A stretch of 64,000 nucleotides of DNA from Mustelus asterias (taxonomy: Eukaryota), in assembly GCF_964213995.1 (NCBI RefSeq), contig NW_027590121.1, positions 1,054,001 to 1,118,000 on the forward strand, read 5' to 3'. Below the pieces are notes generated by a model. It did no database searches and had not been told where the DNA came from. It worked only from the letters and a program-made list of their open reading frames with translations. The first letter of the stretch is position 1, and every line of letters starts with the position of its first letter. This document shows, piece after piece, positions 12,165 through 25,400 of this stretch. Both the position numbers and the translations under genes were made by a program.

Positions 12165-13615
12165 ACACTTAGAAACGAGAGGCAAGTGTAGGCCATTCGG
12201 TCCTTTTAACCTGCTCCGCCATTCATTTTGATCATAGTTGATTATCAAATTCAAAATCCTGATCCTACCCTCCATCTATATCCCTTGATCCCTTTAGCCT
12301 AAAGAGCGACATCTAGTTTCTTCATAAAATCACACAACGTTTTGGCCTCAACTACTTTCCTGTGGTAGTGAATTCCATACATTCACCACTCTCTGGGTGA
12401 AGAAATCTCTGCTCACCTCAGTCCCAAAAGGTTTAACCCTTACCCTCAAACTGCGACACTTAGTTCTGGACTCCCCCATCATCGGGAAAATTCTTTCAGA
12501 ATCTATTCTGTCTAATCCTAGAGAGGGAGCACAGCAAAGGTTTAACAGGCTGATTCCTGGGATGGCAGGTTTATCATATGAAGAGAGACTAAATCCGTTA
12601 GGATTGTATTCATAGAATCATTGAAATCATAGAAACCCTACAGTGCAGAAGGAGGCCATTCGGCCCATCGAGTCTGCACCGACCACAATCCCACGCAGGC
12701 CCTACCCCCACATATTTTACCCGCTATTCCCTCTAACCTACGCATCCCAGGACTCTAAGGGGCAATTTCTTTTTAACCTGGCCAATCAACCTAACCCGCA
12801 CATCTTTGGACTTTTCACTGGAGTTTAGAAGAGTTGGAGGGGATCTCATATAAACTTATAAAATTCTAACAGGATTAGGCAGGGTAGATTCAGGAAGTAT
12901 GCTCCCAGTGATGGGGGAGTCCAGAAATAGGGGTCATAGTTTGAGGAAAAAGGGTAAGCCTGTTAGAACTGAGGTGGGAAGAAATGTCTTCACTCAGAAA
13001 GTGGTGAATGTATAGAATTCACTACCACAGAATGTATTTGAGGCCAAAACGTTTTCTGATTTCAAGAAGAAATTAGATATAGCTCTTGGGACTAAAGGGA
13101 TCAAAGCGTACGAGAGGAAGGGGGAATCAGCATATTAAGTTTGATGATCAACCATGATCAAAATGAATGGCGGAGCAGGCTCGATGGGCCGAATAGCTTA
13201 TTCCTGCTTCTAGCTTCTATGCGTCTATGTAATCCTCTTAGAATTGTATCAGTTTCAATGAGATCTCCTCTCACTCTTTCGAACTCCAATGAACATGATC
13301 CTAACTGATTTATTCTCTTCTGAAATGACAAACCTAACATCCCAAGCAACAGCCTGGTAAACCTTCTCTGCACTCCCTCTATAGCAAGGACGTCCTTTCC
13401 AGTATAAGGACGTCAACGCTACACACAATACTCCAGGTGTGGCCCCAACAATGTCCGATAGAATTGCAGCAAAACATCCCTATTCTTATACTCAAATGCT
13501 CTTGCTATGAAGGCTAGCATATCATTTTTCTTCTTTACTGCCTGCTGTAACTGCACGTTTACTTTCAGCGACTGACGCACGAGGACACCAGGCTCTCGCT
13601 GAGTATCCATCTCGC
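12165..13615. mobile_element. Nest of CR1 fragments (minus 12165-12518, plus 12519-13225, minus 13226-13615) with a SINE fragment inserted at about 12613-12812
   Basis: CR1 C-terminal motifs on both strands. The SINE tail matches 30955-31288 in reverse. Confidence 0.75.
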
Positions 13616-13619
13616 TCAT

Positions 13620-13799
13620 GCTTTATCACTTTGGAGGGATTACAAACTGCAAGCCCTAATGTTGAGAACAAAGTTTAGTAAAACTACCAAGATTACCGAG
13701 TTAACGATTAGCAAAGTCCTGATCTCCGACACAGCTGTGTATTTCAGCACCATGAGTCCCCACACTGCTCCAGAGATGTCGCGGGTCCCTGTCAAAATC
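13620..13799 (+). pseudogene. TCR V segment 3' remnant with RSS
   Basis: Reads ...ITELTISKVLISDTAVYFSTMSP, then CACACTG (13761-13767), a 23-nt spacer and GTCAAAATC. The 5' half is replaced by CR1. Confidence 0.7.
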
Positions 13800-14304
13800 C
13801 CACAGCGACAATTCCAGTAACTACGCAGCAGAGGGTGCTCTCACACTGGTGAAGAGCAGCAATAATTCACTCAGCGGCGTGAGAGCCAGAGAGATATTTC
13901 TCAACCTGCAAATAATACAAAGCACAACAATAGATCGCGAGATCCACTCGTAGAACTATATTACTTTACGATTTAAATTCGCAACATATTAAAAGTAGAC
14001 TCCACAAGTACATCTGTGGAGCCTTAATTGGTTAGATGTTAATTGTCCTTGTTCCTTTCAATTTATTTTCCCACTTTGTTCCTTCCCACCTCCAGTTTCC
14101 ACTTTTCACCTGTAATTGCTTTACTTTCTTCCAGTATTTAGTTTAACATTTCGAAACCTAATTTTCTGCTCGGCATCTTAAATCAGTCCGGCAAAACTCC
14201 ACTGAGCCACAAAAGGAAACTGTCAGGCGAGGCCAATGAATAATCAAAGATTCTCCCCCCTTCTGTCCATCGCCATCGGAACACTTCTCCGAATAGGCAC
14301 CTGT

Positions 14305-14555
14305 GGGCGGCCCGGTGGCACTGCTGCCTCACAGCGCCAGAGCCTCTGGTTACTGCCTGTGTGGAGTTTGCACGTTCTCGTCTGGGTGCTCCGGTTTCCT
14401 CCTACAGTTCAAAGTTAGGATGATTGGCCATGCTAAATAGCCCCTTAGTGTTAGGAGGACTTGTAGGATAAATAGATGGGGTTATGGGGAAATGGTCTCA
14501 GTGGGATTGCGGAGGGTGCAGACTTGATGGGCCAAATAGCCTCTTCTGCACTGTG
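14305..14555 (+). mobile_element. tRNA-derived HE1/V-SINE-type SINE, degenerate
   Basis: Contains gtgtggagtttgcacgttctc and ttggccatgctaaatagcccc, plus a CR1-like tail. Confidence 0.75.
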
Positions 14556-15614
14556 TGCACTGATAATTTAAATGCTTGAACCCAATTTGCTTCAATGTTT
14601 TGAAGAAGATAAAGTGGTCAATAATCATTACAAAACATCCGCATGTAGAAAGATTGGAGCCTGATATTGGTCAGAGGCCAGAGCGAGTGAGAGAAGGTGT
14701 GTCTGATGTGGGAAAGGATGTGAAAATATGAATGTAAACCCAACATTGAGAGCTGCTTTCTGAATTATTACACTGCAGTCATTTCAAGTATTTTCATTTC
14801 TTTTATGAATGGAAGTGACACTGAAAGGTTTTCCTCGCCGGCTGGTATTGAATTGTCAGTCATGAGGATAAGCTTTACATATCCTCTGGGGACTGTAAAT
14901 CGGCTGCCTGAACTTCGCTCTCGTGTTTTGAACACATGATTGCTGAGTTACTGGAAGCGCTGACATTATTATCTCTGAAACAAATCGCAAACTCCGATGG
15001 TCGTGGCACATTGAATATACGATAAGTAACCCGATTGAAGTTAATAATTTTAAACAGAAATGCCATTGAGAGAAATCCTGCGGACAATAGTGGAAATGTT
15101 TATACTTCAAGATCGTTCCATTGAATGTACAGTGACAGCCAGTACCTTTTCTCCAAAGCGGCAGGTATACTTTTTAAGCATATCGTCACAAACACATGTT
15201 CCTTCATTTGAACTATAGTGGGAAGGATTCCATAACTGGTTATCCGACCGCTGAACGGCGGCATAACCGCTCCTTCCTTCACCAACAGATCCTCGCTTTA
15301 GCCTTGAATTGGGAGTTTCTCTTCAAACGGCAGGGACGCTGGCAATGTGGTGAGTCAATCAGCCACTCCGACATAAAATGCAATAATTGTTCAATAATTG
15401 CCTCAGTGCTTCATGGGGAAAATCTCGCAGTCATGGCTGAGCCACTCCCCCGATGGTAAGGCTTAAACGGACTGATCCTGAATGAACCAAATCCTGGAGC
15501 AAGCCTGAGTTTGACGGCCACAATGATCAGAATCGGGTTTAAATGTCACCATCTGCTGTGTAAAACTGAAATATTCCTCCCATAAGGCACTGACTGTGAC
15601 CCGGCTCTGAGCGT

Positions 15615-15740
15615 TTCCAATCATTGGCAGTCAGCCAATGGCAGCCAGCTCACCAGCCTGCCTATTCTCAATGTCACTGGGAACATCAGGAAGTGAAGTG
15701 AAAACATCCTGAGACCCACAGCAGATTACTGAGGGCGGGG
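15615..15740 (+). promoter_or_regulatory. Candidate promoter of V segment 15798
   Basis: Two CCAAT boxes, an ETS-type CAGGAAGTGAAGTGAAA and a GC box GAGGGCGGGG lie 60-180 bp upstream of the ATG. Confidence 0.5.
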
Positions 15741-15797
15741 TTTAGAACGGGTGTCTTCAAAATCCCCAACTCCTCTTCGACAGAGCGGACAGAGACA

Positions 15798-16260
15798 ATG
15801 CGGCTGCTCAGCATCTGGGTTGTGTGGGCAATATTTCTGACAGGTAAATGTGGACCAAACACATTTCAACTTTTTTGTTACATTTTTGAAACATGGTGTA
15901 AAACGAAATTTTCAACAGTCGCCGGTCAGATCTTTTTATATTTGTTTTTTCAGATCTGATTCATGGAGATTCTGTCACTCAGTCGCCGTCCTCAGATGTT
16001 AGGACAGAAGGAGAAGCGGTGACTTTAAATTGTAAATATGATACTGAAGCGAACAACTACGATCTATCCTGGTACCGGCAGCACCCGGACTCACAGCCTC
16101 AGTTTATACTTTCGAAATACTCTCGCGGCGCTGAAGACAAAGCCGATTTTGCCAAAATCCGTTTCTCTGTTGAGCTCCAGACGGAGAATAAATTCAGCAG
16201 TTTAACCATCTCGGGTCTGAAGCTGGCTGACGCCGCCGTATATTACTGCGCTTTCAGACT
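15798..16260 (+). CDS. Intact TCR alpha/delta-type V segment (leader exon 15798-15843, V exon 15954-16260)
   Basis: MRLLSIWVVWAIFLT|DLIHGDSVTQSPSSDVRTEGEAVTLNC...WYRQ...DAAVYYCAFRL with a GT-AG phase-1 intron. Confidence 0.95.
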
Positions 16261-16299
16261 CACAGTGACAGAAAACAAGCTCAGCCCTGTACAAAAACT
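16261..16299 (+). other. 23-RSS (recombination signal sequence)
   Basis: CACAGTG + 23 nt + ACAAAAACT. Confidence 0.97.
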
Positions 16300-17829
16300 G
16301 CCTATTAATACAGAATACAGCTCCTGTCTGTTGTGGCTTGTGTAAAATCGCGGTAGATGTAGCCACAATGTACAGCAAAAGGAAACCAAGCCAACCTCGA
16401 ATGAAACTGTTCCCAGGAGCAACGACACAAACAAACTGCCGATTTCAATCCGACAAACAGATCAGCACAGAGTCATATTTGAAGATACCCGTTCTAATCC
16501 CCGCCTTTAATAATTTGTTCTCTACCCTGGGGATGTTCATGCCTCACTTCCCTATGTGACTCTGGTTCTGTGAGACCACTTGGTGGCGATCTGGTGCTGA
16601 CATGGAAAGAAAAGCGTCCGAACCTGGCTACAGTCAGTGTCTTGATAGGGGAACGGCCGCACTTTCAGAGACTGGGGGAGATGGAAGAGGTGGGCGGGGA
16701 ATGTAATCCTGGTCTGTATATTATCATCAGAAAAATCTGGATTGTTAGTGCTGACAGAAACCACACCAGCCTCCAGGAAACATTCTGAAGCTCAGTGGGC
16801 ACGAGGGAAAATTTACTTGGGGTTGGTTTAAAGATCACAGTCACCACTTTGCGAAATCTGTTCAATGTGAATAAGTTTTCTCTGATTCGGAACGTACTCT
16901 GTTTAAATAAACTGTGAGCAGGCCGCGGTCAAAGGCTCCAGGAAACTGGGAGGGGATATGAAGAGAGGGTTGTTCAATGTTACAGTCACGGAAATGTTTG
17001 TGGCTCAAAACTGGGTAGGAGCGCTGTTGGACATTTTTCATTAAGCGTGTGCGAAGTCTGTATGATTTAATTTCATTACGCAACATTACACGAATCTCGA
17101 TGTAACATCATTTCAAATGCTTTCAGGAATATCAGAAATGCTGTACTTTTGGACGCAATGTCAGGAAATAAATGTTTGTACACATTCGCAACTCGTTCAG
17201 TCCACAACAATATTTAATGGATTTATAGATGCAGACTAACATATGTAATCGCCATCTGAAACATGTCTAATGGTATTGCGTGCTCGAAGACATAGACACA
17301 AGTAAAACTGTAAGTGAACTAGAGGAAATGGCGCACAATTTCCATAAGTATTTTTTTAAAATTGTTCTTCATGATAAAGAATTAGGAAAAACTTCTCGGG
17401 CAGATGAGGCAATCGTGGATCAGTGCGGACCTGCTGGGCCTACTGTAGATGAACGAGATTTCAGCGCCAGAATGTTTCACACATAGAAAAAAGAGGGATC
17501 AAGTATAACTAACAGGTCATTTTTCAATCTGTTTCCTTGAAGGATGTTTGATTTTGTTTAAAAGATGACTATGGTCAATCTCAATGAAGCACCATGGGAT
17601 GTCTATTACCCAGTGATTCGATTCCTTTTGTTGGTCAGTCATGTTCAATTTTGAAATTCTGGATTAGTTGAGACACCAGGTTGAAAGCAACGGTTGTTTT
17701 ATTATATTGAGTTATATTGAACTCAATCCACCTAACTCTCAGTCTAACCCTGAGAACCTGCAGCAACCGACCTGAGTTGAACAATGCAGACAGACCAACT
17801 GCACATTCCAGAATTAAGACATATATATG

Positions 17830-19905
17830 AAATAAATGGATTAATACCAAGTATCGAAAGAAGATTATTGTCACATACATTAACATACAGTGAAAATATT
17901 GTTTCTTGCGCGTTATAGAGACAAAAAGTACCTTCCTAGAGAAGGAAAAGAGATGGTGCAGAATGTAGTGTTACAGTCATAGCTAGGATGTAGAGAATGA
18001 TCAACTTAATGCAAGGCAAGTCCATTCAAAAGTCTGATAGCAGCAGGGAAGAAGCTGTTCTTGAGTCGTATGGTACACCACCTCAGAGTTTTGTAGAAGG
18101 TGGAAGAGAGAATGTCCGGGCTCCGTGGTGTTCTTAGTGATGCTGGCTGCTTTGCTGAGGCTACGGAAAATGTAGACAGAGTCAATGGATGGGAAACTGG
18201 TTTGCGTGCTGGATTGAACTACATTAACGACCTTTTGTAGTTACTTGCGGTCTTGGGCAGAGCAGGAGCCATACCAAGCTGTGCTACAACCAGAAAGAAT
18301 GCTTTCTATGGTGCATCTGTTAACGTTGGTGAGAGTCGTAGCTGACAGGCCAAATTTCCTTAGTCTTCTGAGAAAGTAGAGGCGTTGCTGGGCTCTCTTA
18401 ACTATAGTGTCGGCATGGGGGGCCCAGGACAGGTTGTTGGTGATCTGGACACATAAAAACTTGAATCTCTACCCTTTCTACTTCGTCCCCGTTGATGTAG
18501 ACAGGGGCATGTTTTCCTTTACGCTCCCTGAAGTCGATGACAATCTCCTTCGTTTTGTTGACATTGAGGGAGAGATTATTGTTGCCGCATCAGTTCACCA
18601 GATTCTCTATCTCAGTAGACTGGGGCGATACTCATTGGAATTCAGAAGAATGAGGGGAGATCTTATAGAAACATATAAGATTATGAAGAGAATAGACAAA
18701 ATAGAAGCAGGGAAGTTGTTTCCACTGGCGGGTGAAACTAGAACTGGGGGGAATATCTTCAAAATAAGCGGAAGCAGATTTAGGACTGAGTTGAGGAGGA
18801 ACCTCTTCACATAAAGGGTTGTGAATCTGTGGCATTCCCTACCCAGTGAAGCATTTGAGGCTACCTCATTGAATGTTTTTAAGGCAAGGATAGATACATT
18901 TTTGAACAGTAAAGGAATTAAGGGTTATGGTGAGAGGGCGGGTAAGTGGAGCTGAGTCCACAAAAAGATCAGCCATGATCTTATTGAATGGCGGAGCAGG
19001 CTCGAGGGGCCTGATGTCCTACTCCTGCTCCTAGTTCTTATGTTCTTATTCTTATGTTCTTATTCCTGAACTCTGTCTCATCATTGTTTGAGATCCGACC
19101 CGCGACGGTGGAGTCGGCAGCAAACTTGAAAATTGTATAGAAGGGGAATTTGGCCACACAGTCATAGGTATATACGGAGTTATAGTAGGGGGCTGAGAAC
19201 ACAGCGCTGTGGAACACCTGTGTTGAGGGTGATCGGGGAGGAGGTGTTGTTGCCTATTCTTACTGATTGTGATCTATGAGTTAGGAAGTTCAGGATCCAA
19301 TCGCAGAGAGAGGTGTCAAGGCCCAGGCCACGGAGTTTGGAGGTGATTTTCGTGGGAACGATGGTGTTGAAGGCTGAGCTGTGGTCAATAAATCGGAGTG
19401 TATCATAGGTGTCCTTGTTATCTAGGTGTTCCAGAGTTGAGTGCGGGGCCAGGCAGATGGCGTCTGCTGTGGACCTGTTGCGGCGAAAGGCAAACTGTAG
19501 TGGATCCAGGTAGTCCACGAGGCTGGAATTGGTTCATGCCATGACTAACCTTTCGAAGTACTTCATAATGATGGATGTCAGAGCCACCGGCCGATAGTCA
19601 TTAAGACACACTGCTTGTTTTTTCTTAGGTACCGAGATGATGGTCGTTATCTTGAAGCAGATAGGGACCTCAGATTACTGGAAAGAGAGGTTGAAGATGT
19701 CTGTGAATACCTCCGTCAGCTGATCCGCGCAGGATCTGTGTGCTCGTCCGGGTACCCCAGTCGCTTTCCAAGGGTTGACCTTCGAGAAGGCTGCTCTGAC
19801 ATCTGCAATGGTGACCCCAGGTACAGGTTCATCGAGAGCTTCCAGGGTAGAGGGCATGCTCTTGCTGACCTCTTGCTCAAAACGGGCGTAGAATGCATTG
19901 AGCTC
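17830..19905 (-). mobile_element. Rex1/Babar-type LINE RT fragment, split by a plus-strand CR1 3' end (about 18612-19062)
   Basis: ORF 19180-19518 [18 protein letters not shown]...[12 protein letters not shown]...[14 protein letters not shown] is Rex1-like. The CR1 insert ends in (TTCTTAT)n. Confidence 0.8.
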
Positions 19906-19949
19906 ATCAGTGCGTTGGAGCCGACGATTTTACATGCCTTCTACTTGTA

Positions 19950-20410
19950 TCCTGCAGCGAGTAACTCACCTGATTCCCCAAAATCTATCCACCATCTGCA
20001 AGGCACAATTCAAGAGTGTGAGTGAATACTCCCCACTTACGTGGATGATGCAGGAGCTCACCAAAGGCACCTTGGGCAGCAGTTTCTAAATCCAAGACCG
20101 CTATCACCTGGAAGTTCTCTTCCAAGCCAATCACCATCCTGACTTGGAAATATATCGCTGTTCCTTTTCGGTCTCTGGGACAAGGTCCTGGAATAACTAA
20201 CCACCTTCCCCACCCCCCCCCCCCACCTCCCCCCCCCCCCCCACCCCACCCACCGGACCCCACCCCCTGCAACAGCACAATGGATATGCCTACACTCATA
20301 GACTTCAGCGGTTCATGAAGGCAACTCACCACCACCTTCTCAAGGGAAATTACTGATGGGTAATAATTGCCGGTCGAGCCAGTGACACCCACATCTCGTT
20401 AATGAATAAA
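19950..20410 (+). mobile_element. Ancient LINE 3' fragment (CR1/L2 group); related copies at about 23905-24700 (-), 38150-38400 and 54230-54330
   Basis: Shared sequence ttggaaatatatcgctgttcctt...ggcagctcaccaccacc. Confidence 0.55.
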
Positions 20411-20663
20411 AAGAAAGATCCAGCCAGCTGCCAGAACGGACAATCATGGGGTCCCCTGAACAGGTGAATGGTGACGAAATGAATGTCCGCTTACATAGTC
20501 AACCCTTTTGAAAATATTTTTCCAGCGAGCATGCTGTGCTGATGGATTCTCTGCAGTTTGTGCTCAGGTTCTCAAACCAAATCCTATGTGAAACAATCCC
20601 GCCGGCTGCACCGGAAAGAAATGAGCAAAAACTGTGAATTAGGCAATAGGAAACAACATCATA

Positions 20664-20738
20664 GGGCTCTTTCGGGATTTCTCGCACACTTGACCTCAGA
20701 CATCCAAAGCGAGAATCATATCCCAAGACCAACGAGCC
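20664..20738 (-). pseudogene. Intron-containing tRNA-Pro(TGG) pseudogene with T-arm deletion
   Basis: 5' exon GGCTCGTTGGTCTTGGGATATGATTCTCGCTTTGGA, then a 16-nt insert TGTCTGAGGTCAAGTG, then TGCGAG. Flanks are paralogous to 1850-2290. Confidence 0.8.
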
Positions 20739-21407
20739 TACACTTTGGGTCCTTTCATCGACATAAAATTCATTTGTTTGTATCCAAAGCAGCTTAGATA
20801 CCTCTGGTAAAAGCCGACATTGTTGAAAAAGCTCAGCACGTCCGCATTTCTGGACTGAAAGCTCCAGGAAAACATCCGCCCAATATTGCTAACTCGACTG
20901 TTTGGCACTGGGCGCTTTTGTGAATAAAGTACACATATTACCCGCTGCAGGACACAAACAATGCCGAGTGCCAAGTTCAATGAATGTGAATATTTTCAGC
21001 ATTCCAACAGCTTTGACAACTCATAACATATCTCGTGAAGCAACATACGTTTACTATCAGTGCTAATATGCTATTTCTGTTTCGACATTTGTCCTTTGAA
21101 TTACATTTTTTTCATTTGGTTCATTGGCCATGCTAAATTGACCCTAGTGTCAGGGGTATTAGCGCGGTATGGTTACGGGAATACTGGGTGGGATTGTGAC
21201 CGGTACAGACTCGATAGGCCGAATATCCTCCTTCTGTACTGTTGGGATTCTATGATTCTGTGAGTCTGTGAATATGGTTGCTAGTCGCTGTTGCGAGTCT
21301 GGAATTCGGACCGACACTTCCCTCTGCTGGCGGCGGCGTGGCACTACAAAGTGCAGCATTCTACCACCTGTGATTCTTCAGGACTCAACTTTGTGTTCAA
21401 ACATTTG

Positions 21408-22230
21408 GATACAAAGCTGGGCTGAAAAATGGCAGATGGAGTTTAACCCTGATAAATGTGAGGTGATTCATTTTGGTAGGACAAATTTAAATGTGGATTA
21501 CAGGGTCAAAGGTAGGGTTCTGAAGACTGTGGAGGAACAGAGAGATCTTGTGGTCCATATCCACAGATCATTGAAGGTTGCCATTCAAGTGGATAGAGCT
21601 ATGAAAAAGGCCTATAGTGTGTTAGCTTTTATTAACAGGGGGTTGGGGTTTAAGAGCCGTGGGGTTATGCTGCAACTGTACAGGACCTTGGTGAGACCAC
21701 ATTTGGAATATTGAGTGCAGTTCTGGTCACCTCACTATAAGAAGGATGTGGAAGCGCTGGAAGGAGTGCAAAGGAGATTTACCAAGATGCTGCCTGGTTT
21801 GGAGGGTATGTCTTATGAGGAAAGGTTGAGGGAGCTGGGGCTGTTCTCTCTGGAGCGGAGGAGGTTGAGGGGAGACTTAATAGAGGTTTATAAAATGATG
21901 AAGGGGATAGATAGAGTGAACGTTCAAAGAGTATTTCCTCGGGTGGATGGAGCTATTACAAGGGGGCATAACTATAGGGTTCATGGTGGAGATATAGGAA
22001 GGATGTCCGAGGAGGTTCTTTACTCAGAGAGTGGATGGGGTGTGGAATGGACTGCCTGCAGTGATTGTGGAGTCAGACACTTGAGGAACATTGAAGCGGT
22101 TATTGGATAGGCACATGGAGCACACCAGGATGGTAGGGAGTGGGATAGCTTGATCTTGGTTTCACATCAAGCTCGGCACAACATCGAGAGCCGAAGGGCC
22201 TGTACTGTGCTGTACTGTTCTATGTTCTAT
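21408..22230 (+). mobile_element. 5'-truncated CR1 of the same young family as the full-length copy at 57153-61753
   Basis: Near-identical to 60932-61753 by eye, with a stop and a small deletion; (GTTCTAT)n tail. Confidence 0.92.
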
Positions 22231-22521
22231 AAACCCTGAATCCACTCAACAGCAAAATCTGAGCGTGCAATTAAAAAGCATTTGCCGACAAGACGGCGCC
22301 AAATTCAAACCCCAGCGTCACAACTTAAACCTGTATGGATGGTAGGCTCGTGAGGTCACGATGGACTCCTCCCCCCCGCTCCCCCCCCCCCCCCCCCCCA
22401 CCCCGCCCTCTCTCTCTTTCACACACACACTCACTGCAATCAGCTGAACCAAGCCCGGGTTCTCTCTTTCTCAATCTCTGACTCATTCCGTTCCGATTCA
22501 CTGAGAGGGATCCAATCAGAC

Positions 22522-23048
22522 ATGTTTCTGCTCATACTGGCGACGCTCTTGCACAGTAAGTACTGGAAAACGTTCACCAAGCCAGATAAACAGATTGATG
22601 GCAACTTAATTAACAATCTGAAATATCCATGTGATGCGTAGAATAGGTTCCTCAAACTATCGCAGATACAAACACATTTACATTAACTCTTGACATTTAA
22701 TTCCTCTATCTTCACAGGCGGACGTGGCGCCGATCCAGTAACTCAGTCACCAGTGACAATAACCGCATCAGAAGGAGGTTCGGTACAGTTAGATTGTAAC
22801 TATACAGACAAGGGTATGTACAGCATGCAATGCTATCAGCAGAAACCGGCACAACCACCGACATGAATTATTTCTAAAATATTAGCAATGAAGGATGATG
22901 AAGTTTCAGGACGACATCTGGCGGCTGCTGATAAGTCTAAGCAGAATGGTTACCTCAATATAAGCGCCCTCAGTGTGGAGGACGGGGCGGTCTATTACTG
23001 CGCAGTGAGGCACAGCGTTAGATTACAGCTAAACACCGTTCAAAAACC
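22522..23048 (+). pseudogene. TCR V pseudogene (leader 22522-22555, V exon 22718-23010, RSS 23011-23048)
   Basis: DPVTQSPVTITASEGGSVQLDC...; conserved Trp changed to Cys (CYQQKP); in-frame TGA at 22864; EDGAVYYCAVR; CACAGCG + 22 + TCAAAAACC. Confidence 0.92.
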
Positions 23049-23379
23049 TCAGCGAGTATTTACAGCTCCACTAAGTTTCCTTCTGCGCGAATGCAGTCAG
23101 GTCTATTTACCGGGTATTTTGTCCTGATTGAGATCGGCAGTGGAGCGGTTTGGGAAAACTAGATGCTAATCTCCATGCCGCGATTTATGTCGCAAACAGA
23201 AACAATGAGTATCTCGCTACCAGCTGAGGGATGCACTTAGAAGTGGAGTTAATATGGCAGAAATTTGCAGGCTGTTCTTTCTGAATTGTTAGCTCAAATA
23301 AGCCCACGGACACCTGTAAAAAAATGCAGAACGGATAAAAATCTACTGTCGTATTTGGGAACCTGTCTCGGGGCAGGGA

Positions 23380-23790
23380 ATTCATATGGTGTTCGTGGAA
23401 GTGGAAATGACTAGGGTTGGGAAGCATTTTCCGATCAGGGCCATTGTGATCTCCTGGATTCGTTTCGATCGCCTCAGGGGGTCGGAGAGGAATTTCCCAG
23501 ATTTTTTTTCCCCATATTGGCCCTGGGGTTTTTCACTCTGGGTTTTCGCCTCTCCCTGGAGATCACATGGTCTGGAATGGGGGGGTGGGGGTGAGTTAAT
23601 AGGTTGTAATGAACAAAGCATCGTAGCTGTGAGGGACAGCTCGGTGGATAGGATATTGGTATGTAGATAGGCTGGAAAATTGGGCGGGGATCCTGGATTC
23701 AGGATTCAATCCTGGACCGGGGAGCGGCGCGGGCTTGGAGGGCCGAAGGGCCTGTTCCTGTGCTGTATTGTTCTTTGTTCTTTGTTCTTT
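23380..23790 (+). mobile_element. CR1-type LINE 3' UTR fragment
   Basis: Ends ggagggccgaagggcctgttcctgtgctgtat(TGTTCTT)n. Confidence 0.7.
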
Positions 23791-24963
23791 GTATTTAACA
23801 AATGAGATGTCGAATAGCCGCCACAGAGACTCACCCAGCAACACGACTGTTATTATAACTCTGGGACACAGAAACTCACCCAACAACACGAAGATAGTCG
23901 AGTGTATTGTGTGGTGGTGAGCTGCCTTCCTGAAGCTCTGCGGTCCCTGAGGTGCAGGTACACCCACTGTGCTGTTAGTGAGGGAGTTCCAGGGTTTGAC
24001 CCAGTGACGGTGAAGGAACAGCGATATATTTCCAAGAAAGGATGTGGAATAACTTGGAAGGGAACGTCTAGGTGGTGATGTTCCCATGTGCCTGCTGCCC
24101 CTGTCCTCCTAAATGGCAGTGGTCGTGTGTTTGGATTGTGCTGCCTGAAAAAGGTTTGCTGAGTTGCTGCAGTGTTTCTTGTAGATGGTGCACACGGCTG
24201 CCACTGTTCGTCGGTGGTGGCAGGAATGGATGTTTACGGAATGGTGAGCAATCAAGCGGACTGCTTTGTCCAGTATCGTGTCGAGTTTATTGAGTTATTG
24301 GAGCGACACTGATCCACGTAAGTAGGGAGCATTCCATTTACACTCCTGACTTGTACTTTGTAGATGGTGGATAGGCTTTGGGGAGTCACAAGACGAGTTA
24401 CTCATCGCAGGATTCCTAACCTTTGACCTGCTCTGGTAGCCACGGTCCTGGGTCCAGTTCAGTTTTCAGTCAACTCCCAGGATGTTGATGGGGTGGGGTG
24501 TGGAGAGGGGGGGCGTGGGGGTGGGGGGGCGGGTGTGGATTCAGCGATGGCAATGCCATTGAATGTCAAGGAAAGTTGGTTAGATCCTCTCTTTTTAGAG
24601 ATGGTCAATGCCTGGAACTTGTGGGACGTGAATGTTGTTTGCACTTATCAGGCCAAACCTAAGTACTGTTCAGGTCTTGCTGCATTTGGGCATAGACCAA
24701 ATGTCTGATTCGAGACAGTGGAATGTCATCCTTAAATTGAAGAATTTGAATGATTTCCTCACCAGAAAGCCCACTCTCACTGAGTGACTGTTTCTTCAAT
24801 CGGATAGGTTATGCCCTGACTGTCAATATGTCTGAGCAAAGTCGCTGTCAGGAATTGCAAAGCCCAGGGCAACCTCATGCTTCATTTCCTGCTCTCGTTC
24901 TGACATGTCTTGCCGGCAGTCTGCTATTTGTTTGATCGCTGCAGCAACTGTAAACAGGTGTGA

Positions 24964-25400
24964 GGTTTTTCTACAATGACTGCCGTTTTTCCTCTCAGTG
25001 TGGGCATTAATGCACAGCAGGATCCACGCTCTCCGTGTCTTCAGTAACCAACTGACCCAATTTACCCGCAGTGGAAAGTTTCAACTCGAATCAGTCATTT
25101 TCTCTTTGCCATCCGAGAATCTGCTTATTATCCACTTACGTCCCTGATCGGGTTTTTTGTCTGTACCAATACATTCCATAAATACTGGACATGCCATAGC
25201 TGCAGTTTATCTGTGCCGAATCCCCGCTCTGGACTGTTTTCGCTGTGTGAGTTTGTGAAACTTGGTCCGAGTGACATCGACCTATGAAAACATTCAGACA
25301 ATGAAGCAAAATTAGTATAAATATACAGATTCACAAGTTATAGAATAAGTATCCTGCACTTAAAAGTTAGCATCACCAGAATGACAAGGAATAGATTCAT
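24964..25400 (-). pseudogene. TCR V pseudogene (leader about 25363-25400, V exon 25003-25281, RSS 24964-25002)
   Basis: MNLFLVILVMLT leader with a mutated donor; GRCHSDQVSQTHTAKTVQSGDSAQINCSYGMSSIYGMYWYRQK then a frameshift; CACACTG + 23 + AGAAAAACC. Confidence 0.85.
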
